Assembly: GCA_965214405.1 (NCBI GenBank)
Contig: OZ243956.1
Location: forward strand, 1,696,001 to 1,760,000
Source of the DNA: Trueperaceae bacterium
GTDB lineage: Bacteria > Deinococcota > Deinococci > Deinococcales > Trueperaceae
Reading direction: 5' to 3'
Length of the DNA stretch: 64,000 bases
A program made the position numbers and the translations under genes. The notes under the pieces are model-generated. The model ran no database searches and was not told where the DNA came from. It saw only the letters and a program-made list of their open reading frames with translations. Positions 1 through 10,115 of the stretch are shown here, one piece after another (within the stretch, counting starts at the first letter, position 1; every line of letters starts with the position of its first letter).

Positions 1-597
1 GCCTGGGAGGGTCTGCCGCTGGCTAACGCGATGAAAGTCGTGAAACTTCCCCTCTTAGAGTCCATCCCGGTGCTCGGCCCGGCGCTCTTTTTGAGGCAGC
101 ACGCGCTCACCTATATGGGCTTGCTGGTGGCGCTCCTCTTGTGGTTCATTCTTTACTACACCCGCTTAGGCGTCACGCTGCGCTCGGTCGGCGAGTCTCC
201 GGCGGCAGCCGACGCGGTGGGCGTCAACGTCTTTTTGGTGCGCTACTTGGCCGTCATATTCGGCGGCGTGATGGCCGGTATCGCGGGCGCATTCCTCTCG
301 CTCGCCTACCGCCCCTCGTGGAACGACGGGATGACCGCGGGCATGGGCTGGATTGCGCTGGCGATTGCCATCTTTGCCGCCTGGAATCCCTTACGCGCGA
401 TTTTTGCCGCCTTTATTTTTGGCGCTTTTTTCCACCTCTCGCTGCGCTTGCAGGGCAGCCTGCCGCCCGAACTCCTGCTCTTGACACCCTACGCGGTGAC
501 TATTTTGGTTCTGACCTTGGCCGGGATGCGGCGTTCAGGTCGCGCGGGCGGGGCACCGGAGGCGCTGGGTTTGCCTTACGTACGTGGAGAACGGTAA
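1..597 (+). CDS. ABC transporter permease (simple-sugar/nucleoside BPD_transp_2 type), 5'-partial
   Basis: Hydrophobic ORF with 'LRSVGESPAAADAVGVNV' and 'GMGWIALAIAIFAAWNP' motifs and a 'PEALGLPY' C-terminus. The frame is open back to base 1, so the true start lies upstream. Confidence 0.9.
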   Translation, partial: AWEGLPLANAMKVVKLPLLESIPVLGPALFLRQHALTYMGLLVALLLWFILYYTRLGVTLRSVGESPAAADAVGVNVFLVRYLAVIFGGVMAGIAGAFLSLAYRPSWNDGMTAGMGWIALAIAIFAAWNPLRAIFAAFIFGAFFHLSLRLQGSLPPELLLLTPYAVTILVLTLAGMRRSGRAGGAPEALGLPYVRGER

Positions 598-876
598 CTG
601 GGCGCGTTGGCGGGTGACAGTTGGGTGGATTTGAGACGTAGGAGGGGGCTCGAGCCTCCACACCACGCCCCGCGAGATGGTATTTTGCGACAGGCAGCCG
701 TGAAGGAGGAAGCTTTAGTTGGGCTCGGCAAAGGATACATCGTTAAGGCGAACCCCTATCAAGCCGTCTGGTCAGAACGTTGAGTCAAGGCATTTGGTGA
801 AGCTGTGCAGGTACTGTGCAAATCAAGTAACGTCACAGGTAAAAACAAGGAATGACAAATTTTAAGGAGGCAAAGG

Positions 877-2025
877 ATGCGGTTTTGGAAATTCGCAACA
901 CTGACACTTGGGTTGCTTTTGGGCTTGGCATTTGCCCAGGAAGACACGCTCAAAGCAGGCTTCATCTACGTCGGCCCCGTCGGCGACTACGGCTGGTCGC
1001 ACGCGCACGACGAGGCGCGTCTGGCCGCCGAGGCGGCGCTCCCCTGGCTCGAAACGACCTTTGTCGAGTCGGTACCCGAGGGTCAAGAAGCAACCTTTAT
1101 CGACCAGATGGTGCGCGGCGGCGCGGACGTGATTTTTACGACCTCGTTCGGCTTTATGGACGGCACGCTCGCAGCGGCGCAGCGGTACCCGGACGTGATT
1201 TTCGCGCACGCGAGCGGCTTTAAGCGCGCGCCCAACATGGCGACCTACATGGCCGACTTTTACCAGGTCTACTACCTCAACGGCCTCCTGGCGGGCGCGC
1301 TGACGAGCGCGAACAAAGCGGGTTACGTGGGCGCGTATCCCGTGCCCGAGGTGAAGCGGCACCTGAGCGCTTTTGCGCTGGGGATGCGCGAAGTCAACCC
1401 CGAGGCGACGGTTCAGCCGGTGTGGATCAACGCCTGGTTCGACCCCGCGAGAGCCGCCGAGGCGACGCAGGCGCTTATCGCGGAGGGCGCGGACATCTTC
1501 GCCTTTACCGAAGACACGCCGACGGTGATTCAGGTGGCGGCGCAGCAGGGCTTGCCCTCTTTCGCGCACTACTCGCCGATGCTCGAGTACGCCCCCGACG
1601 AGGTCGTCTCAGGCCAGCTCGTCGACTGGAGCAAAATCTACATCGACTTTTTGCAAAAAGTTCACGACGGCACCTATACGAATGAGAATCTAGAGAACGT
1701 CGACTACTGGTGGCTTTTGCCCGAAAACGCGGTCTCGGTGGGCGCGGCACCCGACGTGACCATCAACCCGGTTTTCGAAAGCGCGCTCAAAGAGAAGACC
1801 GTCAATCACCCCGAATTCGGCGAGATTTCGGTGTACGACCTTTTTTATGAGCGGCTCGAGCAGATGTCCGCCTCGCCCGTGGCCTTTGACCCCTTTACCG
1901 GCCCCCTGGAGGACCGCAACGGTAACGTCGTCGTGCCCGAGGGCCAAACGATGACCCAGGCTGAACTGACCACAATGGAGTGGGCGGCCCCCGGCGTGGA
2001 AGGGTCCTGGCCGAACGAGCCGTAA
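877..2025 (+). CDS. BMP-family ABC transporter substrate-binding protein (purine/nucleoside type)
   Basis: Signal peptide, 'GFIYVGPVGDYGWSHAHD', 'IFTTSFGF', 'NAWFDP'; AAGGAGG RBS upstream. Confidence 0.9.
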   Translation: MRFWKFATLTLGLLLGLAFAQEDTLKAGFIYVGPVGDYGWSHAHDEARLAAEAALPWLETTFVESVPEGQEATFIDQMVRGGADVIFTTSFGFMDGTLAAAQRYPDVIFAHASGFKRAPNMATYMADFYQVYYLNGLLAGALTSANKAGYVGAYPVPEVKRHLSAFALGMREVNPEATVQPVWINAWFDPARAAEATQALIAEGADIFAFTEDTPTVIQVAAQQGLPSFAHYSPMLEYAPDEVVSGQLVDWSKIYIDFLQKVHDGTYTNENLENVDYWWLLPENAVSVGAAPDVTINPVFESALKEKTVNHPEFGEISVYDLFYERLEQMSASPVAFDPFTGPLEDRNGNVVVPEGQTMTQAELTTMEWAAPGVEGSWPNEP

Positions 2026-2045
2026 GCGCGGTTTTCGTACGTCTG

Positions 2046-2084
2046 CAAAGGAGAGAGGCGCGAATTCCGCGCCTCTCTCCTTTG
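2046..2084. terminator. Bidirectional intrinsic terminator hairpin
   Basis: Perfect 17-bp inverted repeat CAAAGGAGAGAGGCGCG-AATTC-CGCGCCTCTCTCCTTTG between convergent genes. Confidence 0.8.
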
Positions 2085-2136
2085 GCTCCGCACACCTCTA
2101 TGCGTCAAAAACTGAATTTACACAAGCAGCCTCGGC

Positions 2137-2412
2137 CTAACCTCGAGACCCCTCTTGCACCTCGGTGTCATAAAGGTCTTCGACCTCCTCGAGCAGCGCC
2201 TCGGTGCGCTCGAGGAGCCCTTCCACTTTCGCGCCTATACTGTCCGGATGCTCGGCCTTGGCCGCCTTTTTAATGTGTTTCGTTTGCGTCTGGATGTGCG
2301 CGAGAAGCGCGCGGATACGCTCGACCTCCTGTTCGTGCTCCTCGCGGGAGGCTCTTTCGGAGATGGACACGTGCATATCGTCTTCGGGGGGTCCGTCTAC
2401 TTTGCGGTTCAT
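2137..2412 (-). CDS. Small hypothetical coiled-coil protein (91 aa)
   Basis: Charged helical ORF; CACACT -10-like box 6 nt upstream of the ATG; ends towards the terminator at 2046-2084. Confidence 0.6.
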   Translation of the reverse strand: MNRKVDGPPEDDMHVSISERASREEHEQEVERIRALLAHIQTQTKHIKKAAKAEHPDSIGAKVEGLLERTEALLEEVEDLYDTEVQEGSRG

Positions 2413-2608
2413 AGCTCAAGTGTGGCGCAAGACGGAGGGGCTGACTCAGGCGTACCTCACGTTTAGGACATTTTTACCCGTGACCCTTAGCCTCTCGCGG
2501 CTAAGGGTTCACAGCTCGGCTGGGGCGGTTTAAGCCTGAGCCCTCCGGCCCCAAAAAAGGTGTGGTAAATTACTTGTGAGCGCGAAACCGCGTTGAACGG
2601 GGGGAAAC

Positions 2609-3391
2609 GTGGCTGACGGTACATCAAAGATGCAAGAGGCGGTCGCGCGGCTTGCGCCCTGGTTTCACAACCTGCACCTGCCCGACGGCACCCAGACCGC
2701 GCCCGAGCACTTTCTGGGCGACTTTCCCGCGTTCAAGTGGCGCGCTCTCCATACTCATCTGCCCGAGGATTTGAGCGGCTGGACGGCGCTCGACATCGGC
2801 TGCAACGCGGGCTTCTATTCGTTCGAACTCGCGCGGCGGGGCGCGGCGGTGACAGGTATCGACGTGGACGCGCGTTATCTTGAACAGGCGCGCTGGGCCG
2901 CCTCTCAGTTCGGCTTAGCGGAGCGGATCACGTTCGAACAGATGCAAGTCTACGACCTCGCGCGCATGGACGCGCGCTTTGACCTCGTACTCTTTATGGG
3001 CGTGTTTTACCACCTGCGCTATCCCCTCCTTGGGCTCGACATCGTGGCGCAGAAGGTGGGGCGGCTGATGGTGTTTCAGTCTCTCACCGCGCCCGGTGAC
3101 GAGGTGGTGGATAAACAAATTGACGACCTCCACCACCGCGCCCCCCTAAACGAACCCGGCTGGCCCAAGCTGACTTTTTTGGAGCACCCCTTCGCGGGCG
3201 ACCCGACGAATTGGTGGGCACCCAACCACGCAGGCGTTGAGGCGTTGCTACGCTCGAGCGGCCTCAAAGTAACAGGTCGACCCGATCACGAGATGTACCT
3301 CTGCGAACCCGACCCGGCCAACCCCTCTGCCGTGAATACCTGGAACAAAGCCGAGCTGCTTTCAGCGACCGGCAGACCCTGGAAAGAGTAG
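2609..3391 (+). CDS. Class I SAM-dependent methyltransferase, TIGR04290-like
   Basis: SAM motif 'LDIGCNAGF', 'PWFHNLHLPDGTQTAPEHFLGDFP', 'MGVFYHLRYP', 'DPTNWWAPN'. Confidence 0.85.
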   Translation: MADGTSKMQEAVARLAPWFHNLHLPDGTQTAPEHFLGDFPAFKWRALHTHLPEDLSGWTALDIGCNAGFYSFELARRGAAVTGIDVDARYLEQARWAASQFGLAERITFEQMQVYDLARMDARFDLVLFMGVFYHLRYPLLGLDIVAQKVGRLMVFQSLTAPGDEVVDKQIDDLHHRAPLNEPGWPKLTFLEHPFAGDPTNWWAPNHAGVEALLRSSGLKVTGRPDHEMYLCEPDPANPSAVNTWNKAELLSATGRPWKE

Positions 3392-3530
3392 CCGCACGGC
3401 TCCGATAAAGCTTCTCGGCGGGGCCACGTTACTCAGGCAGCTTCTTCTACTCTGTGGGGTGGTGCGAATTGTGACCTTCCACATTATTGTTAAGCTTTGG
3501 GCGTAGAGGCTCGAGAAACCACGGTTACGG

Positions 3531-3569
3531 CCTTGTAGGTACGCCTTGTAGGTACGCCTTGCAGGTACG
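3531..3569 (+). repeat. 13-bp tandem repeat x3 upstream of the epimerase operon
   Basis: CCTTGTAGGTACG / CCTTGTAGGTACG / CCTTGCAGGTACG. Confidence 0.9.
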
Positions 3570-3602
3570 ACGTGTCCATACGACTTTCTGACGGGAGGGG
3601 TC

Positions 3603-4733
3603 ATGAATAAGCAGGTCCTGATAACGGGCGGCGCGGGGTTTGTCGGCGCGCACGTGGCGGCGGAACTGTTGGGGGAAGGTTACCGCGTCCGCGTGCTCGA
3701 CAGCCTTATCCCCCAGGTCCACAACACCGGGTCTCATCACACAGGCGAGCGGCCCGACTATTTAGACCCGGAGGTCGAACTCGTCCGGGGCGAGGTGCAA
3801 GACCCGGTGGCGGTGCGGCGGGCGCTCGCAGGCGTTGACGCGGTTTATCATTTTGCTTCGCTGGTGGGCGTCGGGCAGAGCATGTATAAGCTTGTTGAAT
3901 ATACAACGGTCAATAATGTGGGCACTGCGACCCTGCTCGAGGCCCTCATTGAAACCCCGGTCGAGCGGCTGGTGGTGGCCTCGAGCATGAGCATCTACGG
4001 CGAGGGTCTCTACCGCGACCCTGGAGGCGCGCTCCACAGTCATGTGTCTCGGACGCCCGCGCAGCTCAGGGCGGGCGACTGGGAACTGCGCAACGAAGCG
4101 GGCGAGGTTCTTACGCCTGTGCCCACCCCCGAAACAAAGCCGCCTACGCTCGCATCTGTCTACGCGCTCTCTAAATACGACCAAGAGCGCATGTGCTTGC
4201 TGGTCGCCCAAGCGTACGGGATTGAGGCGGTAGCGCTGCGCTTTTTTAACATCTACGGCCCCTACCAGGCGCTCTCGAACCCCTACACGGGCGTGCTCGC
4301 CATTTTTGCCGCGCGTTACCTCAACAACAAGCCGCCGCTCGTGTTCGAAGACGGCCTCCAGCGGCGCGACTTCGTCAACGTGCGCGACGTGGCGCGGGCG
4401 TGCCGTCTGGCCTTGGAAACACCGGATATTGCAGGCAAAAGCTTTAACATCGGCAGCGGTCACCCGCTCACCGTCTGCGAGGTGGCCGAGCGGATGGCCG
4501 CGACGCTGGGCAAAGAACACCTTCAACCCGAGGTGACGGGCGACTACCGCGTGGGCGACATCCGTCACTGTTTTGCCGACATCAGTAAGGCGCGCGCGCG
4601 GCTTGGCTACGCGCCGCAGATTTCTTTTGAGGAGGGGCTACGGGAGCTTGCGGGTTGGCTCGAGGGTCAAGTCGCCGTCGACAGCGTACCGCAGGCGCGC
4701 GCCGAACTCCTGTCGCGGGGCTTGGCGGTATGA
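3603..4733 (+). CDS. NAD-dependent epimerase/dehydratase (extended SDR)
   Basis: TGGAGFVG Rossmann motif, YALSK (YxxxK), 'RFFNIYGP', 'GDIRHCFAD'. Confidence 0.9.
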   Translation: MNKQVLITGGAGFVGAHVAAELLGEGYRVRVLDSLIPQVHNTGSHHTGERPDYLDPEVELVRGEVQDPVAVRRALAGVDAVYHFASLVGVGQSMYKLVEYTTVNNVGTATLLEALIETPVERLVVASSMSIYGEGLYRDPGGALHSHVSRTPAQLRAGDWELRNEAGEVLTPVPTPETKPPTLASVYALSKYDQERMCLLVAQAYGIEAVALRFFNIYGPYQALSNPYTGVLAIFAARYLNNKPPLVFEDGLQRRDFVNVRDVARACRLALETPDIAGKSFNIGSGHPLTVCEVAERMAATLGKEHLQPEVTGDYRVGDIRHCFADISKARARLGYAPQISFEEGLRELAGWLEGQVAVDSVPQARAELLSRGLAV

Positions 4734-5797
4734 GCGGGCGTGACGGACCCGTACTCATCACGGGCGGCGCGGGGTTTGTGGGAACGAATTTGGCGCACCG
4801 GCTGCTCGCGGCGGGTCGCCCGGTGCGGCTTCTCGACACGCTCGCGCGTGCGGGCGTGGAGAAGAACTTAGCGTGGCTCCGAAAAATGCACGGCGCGGGC
4901 GTCGAGCACGTCCACGCCGACGTCCGCGACGCAGACGCGTTATGTGAGGCTGTGAGGGGCGCGAGCGCGGTGTTTCACCTCGCCGCGCAGGTGGCGGTAA
5001 CAAACTCGCTTGACCTTCCCCGTCACGATTTTGAGGTGAACGTAGGGGGGACCTTGAACGTGCTCGAGGCGCTGCGAGCCCTCCCCACGCCCGTCCCCCT
5101 CGTCTTCACCTCGACCAACAAGGTGTACGGAGACCTAAACGGCCTCGCCCTACGCGAAGAAGCGACGCGCTACCTCCCCGAAAACCCTACGGTCGCGGCG
5201 CGCGGCGTGAGTGAAGCCTGCCCGCTCGATTTTCATTCGCCCTACGGCTGCTCGAAGGGGGCCGCCGACCAGTACGTCCTCGACTACGCGCGCTCCTTTG
5301 GGCTGCCCACCGTCGTGTTTCGGATGAGCTGCGTGTACGGCCCGCACCAGTTCGGCACCGAGGACCAGGGCTGGGTCGCGCATTTTCTGCTGCGCGCGCT
5401 CTCAAACGAACCCATCACCCTTTTTGGCGACGGCAAACAGGTGCGCGATATTTTGTTCGTCGAAGACCTCGTTAGCGCCTTTGAAATCGCCGAACGCCAC
5501 GCAAAAAGTTTAGCGGGACGCGCCTTTAACATCGGCGGAGGCCCGAAGAACACGGTGAGTCTGCTCGAGCTTCTCCGCTGCATCGGCGACCTCGAGGGCA
5601 AAACGCCCGCGGTGAGGTTTGGCGACGAACGCCCCGGCGACCAGCGCTACTACGTGTCGGACGTAAGCAAGTTTAGCGAGGCGACGGGCTGGACGCCGCG
5701 CGTAGGCGTGCGGGAAGGGTTGACAAAACTTCACGCGTGGCTGCTCGAGACGCGGGGCGAATCCGAAGTTAAATCTCAACTGGTGGCACGCGTATGA
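4730..5797 (+). CDS. NAD-dependent epimerase, CDP-paratose 2-epimerase (RfbE)-like
   Basis: TGGAGFVG, 'AAQVAVT', 'TSTNKVYG', 'SPYGCSKGAADQY', 'FGTEDQGWVAHF'. ATG at 4730 overlaps the upstream stop (ATGA). Confidence 0.85.
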   Translation: MSGRDGPVLITGGAGFVGTNLAHRLLAAGRPVRLLDTLARAGVEKNLAWLRKMHGAGVEHVHADVRDADALCEAVRGASAVFHLAAQVAVTNSLDLPRHDFEVNVGGTLNVLEALRALPTPVPLVFTSTNKVYGDLNGLALREEATRYLPENPTVAARGVSEACPLDFHSPYGCSKGAADQYVLDYARSFGLPTVVFRMSCVYGPHQFGTEDQGWVAHFLLRALSNEPITLFGDGKQVRDILFVEDLVSAFEIAERHAKSLAGRAFNIGGGPKNTVSLLELLRCIGDLEGKTPAVRFGDERPGDQRYYVSDVSKFSEATGWTPRVGVREGLTKLHAWLLETRGESEVKSQLVARV

Positions 5798-6774
5798 CGG
5801 CCACGCCTGCCACTCGGACGATGCAAGCCGCTGTCATCGCGGGACCGCAGACGCTGACCGTCGAGCGCGTCGCCCTGCCCGAACCCGGTCCGGGAGAGGT
5901 GCGGCTTAAGCTCGAGGGCTGCGGCGTCTGCGGCTCGAATCTGCCGCCCTGGGAGGGCCGCCCCTGGTTTGAATATCCCTTCGAGCCCGGCGCGCCCGGT
6001 CACGAGGGCTGGGGACATGTTGACGCGTTGGGTGAGGGCGTCACAGGGTTGAAAGTGGGCGACCGCGTCACCGCCATCTCCTACCACGCCTACGCGACGC
6101 ACGACCTCGTCGCGGCGGACGCGGTTGTGAAGCTACCCGAGGCTCTGGACAACACACCCTTTCCTGGCGAGCCGCTGGGCTGCGCGATGAACGTTTTTGA
6201 ACGCAGCGATATTCAAGCGGGTCAGACGGTGGCGGTCGTCGGCGTCGGCTTCCTCGGCGGGCTGCTTGTGCAGCTCGCGGCGGGGGCGGGCGCTCGAGTC
6301 ATTGCAGTGTCGCGGCGACCCTTTTCATTAGACCTCGCCAAAAGCGTGGGTGCTGCGGAGACCGTGCCGCTCACCGACCGCTACGAGGCGCTCCAGCGGG
6401 TGATGGACCTCACCGACGGCGAGGGCTGCGACCGCGTCATCGAGGCGGTGGGCACGCAGGAACCTCTAACGCTGGCGGGCGAACTCACCCGTGTGCGGGG
6501 CCGCCTCATCATCGCGGGCTATCACCAGGACGGCCCTCGAGAGGTCAACATGCAGCTCTGGAACTGGCGCGGCCTAGACGTTATCAACGCGCACGAGCGC
6601 GACCCCGCGCGTTACACCTCGGGGATGCGGCGCGCGGTAGAGGCAGTGGTGGCGGGCACGCTCGACCCGACGCCTTTGCTCACCCACACGTTCACGCTTG
6701 ACGATTTGGGGAGCGCCTTTAAGGCGATGCAGACGCGGCCAGACGGGTTTCTCAAGGCGCTCGTGACGTTTTGA
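5794..6774 (+). CDS. Zn-binding medium-chain dehydrogenase
   Basis: 'CGVCGS', 'GHE', 'EPLGCA', GxGxxG 'VVGVGFLG'; ATGA overlap. Confidence 0.9.
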   Translation: MTATPATRTMQAAVIAGPQTLTVERVALPEPGPGEVRLKLEGCGVCGSNLPPWEGRPWFEYPFEPGAPGHEGWGHVDALGEGVTGLKVGDRVTAISYHAYATHDLVAADAVVKLPEALDNTPFPGEPLGCAMNVFERSDIQAGQTVAVVGVGFLGGLLVQLAAGAGARVIAVSRRPFSLDLAKSVGAAETVPLTDRYEALQRVMDLTDGEGCDRVIEAVGTQEPLTLAGELTRVRGRLIIAGYHQDGPREVNMQLWNWRGLDVINAHERDPARYTSGMRRAVEAVVAGTLDPTPLLTHTFTLDDLGSAFKAMQTRPDGFLKALVTF

Positions 6775-6818
6775 TACGTTAATGTGAATCCTTCTCTGCA
6801 AGCTCGAGCCCACCCCCC

Positions 6819-7910
6819 ATGAACCTGCTAATGACCGCGGACACCGTCGGTGGGGTCTGGACTTACGCGCTCGACCTCGCGGGTTCGCTCGAGCCTCACG
6901 GCGTCAAAACCACGCTGGCGACGATGGGCGCGCCCCTCTCCCCCGCGCAGCGTGAAGCCGCTGACAGCATCCAGACGCTCACCCTTTTTGAGAGTCGTTA
7001 CGCGCTCGAGTGGACGCCCGACCCTTGGGACGACGTGGCGCGTGCGGGCGCGTGGTTGTTAGAGTTAGAGAAACAAATAAAACCCCATCTCATCCACCTC
7101 AACGGCTACGCCCACGGCGCGCTCCCCTGGTCCGCGCCCGTGCTCGTCGTCGGCCACTCCTGCGTGCTCTCGTGGTGGGAGGCAGTCAAAGGCGAGGCGG
7201 CCCCGCCCGAATGGGCGCGTTATCAACATGAAGTGAGGCGCGGCCTCCACGCCGCCGACCTCATCGTGGCCCCCACCGCGGCGATGTTGGGGGCGTTGGA
7301 GCGTCACTACGGCCCCCTGAGCCGTGCGCGCGTCATTCCCAACGGTCGAGACGCCGCCGCCTGGCCGCCCGCGCCCAAGGAACCTCTCATCTTGAGCGCG
7401 GGAAGGCTTTGGGACGAGGCGAAAAACGTGGCGATTCTCGCAGAAGCAGCGCCTCACGTTCCCTGGCCTATTTATCTCGCCGGAGACGCGAAGCACCCGA
7501 ACGGCGGCGAAGCGCGCCCTGAGCACGTCCACCTCCTCGGCACCCTGCCACCCCAAGACCTCGCGCACTGGCTGGGCCGCGCGTCCATCTACGCGCTGCC
7601 CGCGCGTTACGAACCCTTTGGGCTGTCGGCGCTCGAGGCCGCCCTGGCTGGCTGCGCGCTTCTTTTGGGTGATATCCCCTCCCTGCGCGAGGTGTGGGGC
7701 GAGGCGGCTCTTTTTGTACCGCTCGACGACGTGGAAGCTTGGGTGGAGGCGCTAAATGGGCTTATCAAAAATCCCTTACAGCGTGAGACGCTTGCGGCTC
7801 GAGGACGCTCGAGGGCGCTCGAGCTGACCCCCACCCGCATGGCTGAGGCGTACTTGCAGGTTTATCAGAGCCTCATGAGTACAAAAGGCGCGGAGGAAGT
7901 TCCTGTATGA
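6819..7910 (+). CDS. Glycosyltransferase family 4
   Basis: 'MTADTVGGVWTY' and the GT-B EX7E motif 'YEPFGLSALEAA'. Confidence 0.9.
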   Translation: MNLLMTADTVGGVWTYALDLAGSLEPHGVKTTLATMGAPLSPAQREAADSIQTLTLFESRYALEWTPDPWDDVARAGAWLLELEKQIKPHLIHLNGYAHGALPWSAPVLVVGHSCVLSWWEAVKGEAAPPEWARYQHEVRRGLHAADLIVAPTAAMLGALERHYGPLSRARVIPNGRDAAAWPPAPKEPLILSAGRLWDEAKNVAILAEAAPHVPWPIYLAGDAKHPNGGEARPEHVHLLGTLPPQDLAHWLGRASIYALPARYEPFGLSALEAALAGCALLLGDIPSLREVWGEAALFVPLDDVEAWVEALNGLIKNPLQRETLAARGRSRALELTPTRMAEAYLQVYQSLMSTKGAEEVPV

Positions 7911-9031
7911 AAATCGTTCTCTTCTACCATTCGCTTCTGTCGGATTGGAACCACGGCAACGCCCATTTCCTGCGCGGCGTGGCGTCGGAGTTGAGAGCAC
8001 GCGGCGCGGACGTGCGCGTGTATGAACCTCATGACGCGTGGAGTTTGCAGAATCTGCTCGAGGCGCACGGGGAGGAGCCGCTCGAGCGTTTTCGTGAGGT
8101 GTATCCAGCCTTGAAAAGCGTCCGCTACGATTTGGACGAACTCAATTTAGACGAAGCCCTGGCGGACGCCGACCTCGTTATCGTCCACGAGTGGAACGAC
8201 CCCGAGCTGGTGGCGCGGCTGGGCGCACACCGGGCGCAGGGAGGACAGTACCGCCTCCTCTTTCACGACACGCACCACCGCGCCGTGACCGACCGAGACG
8301 CTATGGCCGCGTACGACTTAACTCACTACGACGGCGTGCTCGCTTACGGCGAGGTGATTCGCCGTTTGTACTTGCGCGAGGGCTGGGCGCGCCAAGCCTG
8401 GACCTGGCACGAGGCCGCCGACACGCGCGTGTTCCGGCCCCTGCCCGGTCCGAAACAAGGCGACCTCGTCTGGATTGGCAACTGGGGCGACGAGGAGCGA
8501 ACCGAAGAGTTGCACGAATTTTTGTTGGAGCCGGTAAAAACTCTGGGGCTCAACGCCCTTGTTTGCGGCGTTCGTTATCCCGATAACGCTCTAAGCGCTC
8601 TCTCTGCGGCCCATATCACCTACGGCGGCTGGCTCCCCAATTTTGACGTGCCGGGCGTGTTCGCCCGCTTCCGCGTGACCGTCCACGTGCCGCGCCGCCC
8701 TTACGCGTCCGCCCTACCCGGCATCCCCACCATCCGCCCCTTCGAGGCTTTAGCCTGCGGCATCCCGCTCGTGAGCAGCCCCTGGGAGGATGCGGAGGGA
8801 CTGTTTACGCCTGGGGAGGATTTTTTGGTGGCTCGAGACGGCGCAGAAATGAAGCATCATCTTAAAGCCATTTTGGATGACGAGGACCTGGCACGTTCGC
8901 TTGCCGAACACGGGCGGCGGACGATTCTTGCGCGTCACACCTGCGCCCACCGCGTGGACGAACTCTTGGGCATTTGCTACGAGTTGGGGCTGCAAACCGA
9001 CCTCGAGCCTCAGAAGGTTCTTCATGCCTAA
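7907..9031 (+). CDS. CgeB-family (Glyco_trans_1_4-like) glycosyltransferase
   Basis: 'SDWNHGNAHFLRG', 'IRPFEALACG', 'HTCAHRVDEL'; ATGA overlap. Confidence 0.85.
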   Translation: MKIVLFYHSLLSDWNHGNAHFLRGVASELRARGADVRVYEPHDAWSLQNLLEAHGEEPLERFREVYPALKSVRYDLDELNLDEALADADLVIVHEWNDPELVARLGAHRAQGGQYRLLFHDTHHRAVTDRDAMAAYDLTHYDGVLAYGEVIRRLYLREGWARQAWTWHEAADTRVFRPLPGPKQGDLVWIGNWGDEERTEELHEFLLEPVKTLGLNALVCGVRYPDNALSALSAAHITYGGWLPNFDVPGVFARFRVTVHVPRRPYASALPGIPTIRPFEALACGIPLVSSPWEDAEGLFTPGEDFLVARDGAEMKHHLKAILDDEDLARSLAEHGRRTILARHTCAHRVDELLGICYELGLQTDLEPQKVLHA

Positions 9032-10115
9032 GGGCCTCAACATCGCTTTTTTCGGCTCGAGCCTCGTCTCGGCCTACTGGAACGGGGCCGCCACCTACTA
9101 CCGCGGCATCGTGCGCGCGCTTCATGACCGCGGCCACCACGTGACTTTTTACGAACCCGACGCCTTTGAGCGCCAGCAGCACCGCGACCTCCCCGACCCC
9201 GACTGGGCGAAAGTGGTGGTGTACGAGGCAAGCGAGGAGGCGGTGCGCCACGTTTTAGAGAGCGCCAAGGGTGCTGACTTGGTCGTCAAGGCGAGCGGTG
9301 TGGGGGTGTTTGACGAGCTGCTCGAGGCCGCTGTCCTAGACCTCCAAACCCCCGCCACCCTCGTCGCCTTTTGGGACGTGGACGCCCCCGCCACCCTCGA
9401 CCGCGTGAACGAAAACATGAACGACCCCTTCCGTCCCCTCGTCCCACGTTACGACCTTGTCCTCACCTACGGCGGCGGCGCGCCCGTGGTGGAGGCGTAC
9501 GAAAAACTCGGCGCGCGGCGATGCGTGCCCATCTACAACGCGCTCGACCCCGCCACCCACCACCCGGCACCGCCCGACGACCGTTTCGCGGGTACGCTCG
9601 GCTTTCTGGGCAACCGCCTACCCGACCGGGAGAGGCGCGTCGAAGAGTTCTTCCTCCGCGCCGCCGAAACGTTACCCGACCGCTCCTTTCTTCTTGGTGG
9701 CAGCGGCTGGGGCGACAAGGCGATGCCCGGCAACGTGCGCTACCTCGGGCACGTTTACACGAGCGACCACAACGCCTTTAACTGCACGCCCCTGGCCGTT
9801 CTCAACATTTCGCGCGAGAGCATGGCGCGCTACGGCTTCTCGCCCGCCACCCGCGTGTTCGAGGCGGCGGGCGCGGGCGCGTGCCTGATAACCGACGCGT
9901 GGGAGGGGATTGAGGAGTTTCTCGAGCCCAACACCGAAGTCTTAGTCGCCCAAAACGGCGACGAGGTCGCCGAGCACCTGCGCGCGCTCACACCTGAAAG
10001 CGCGCGCGAGATGGGCGAGAGAGCCCGGCGGCGGATGCTCTCCGAACATACCTACGCCCACCGAGCGGAAGAATTAGAAAGCCTCCTCACCGGCCTCCGC
10101 GCCAAGGTCTCATGA
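9024..10115 (+). CDS. CgeB-family glycosyltransferase
   Basis: Start MPKGLNIAFFGSSL at 9024; 'SAYWNGAATYYRG', 'TRVFEAAGAG', 'HTYAHRAEEL'. Confidence 0.85.
   Translation: MPKGLNIAFFGSSLVSAYWNGAATYYRGIVRALHDRGHHVTFYEPDAFERQQHRDLPDPDWAKVVVYEASEEAVRHVLESAKGADLVVKASGVGVFDELLEAAVLDLQTPATLVAFWDVDAPATLDRVNENMNDPFRPLVPRYDLVLTYGGGAPVVEAYEKLGARRCVPIYNALDPATHHPAPPDDRFAGTLGFLGNRLPDRERRVEEFFLRAAETLPDRSFLLGGSGWGDKAMPGNVRYLGHVYTSDHNAFNCTPLAVLNISRESMARYGFSPATRVFEAAGAGACLITDAWEGIEEFLEPNTEVLVAQNGDEVAEHLRALTPESAREMGERARRRMLSEHTYAHRAEELESLLTGLRAKVS

Noticed and set aside
600..876. Possible purine/nucleoside riboswitch upstream of the BMP gene
   Set aside because: I could not recognise any aptamer consensus or convincing stem set.
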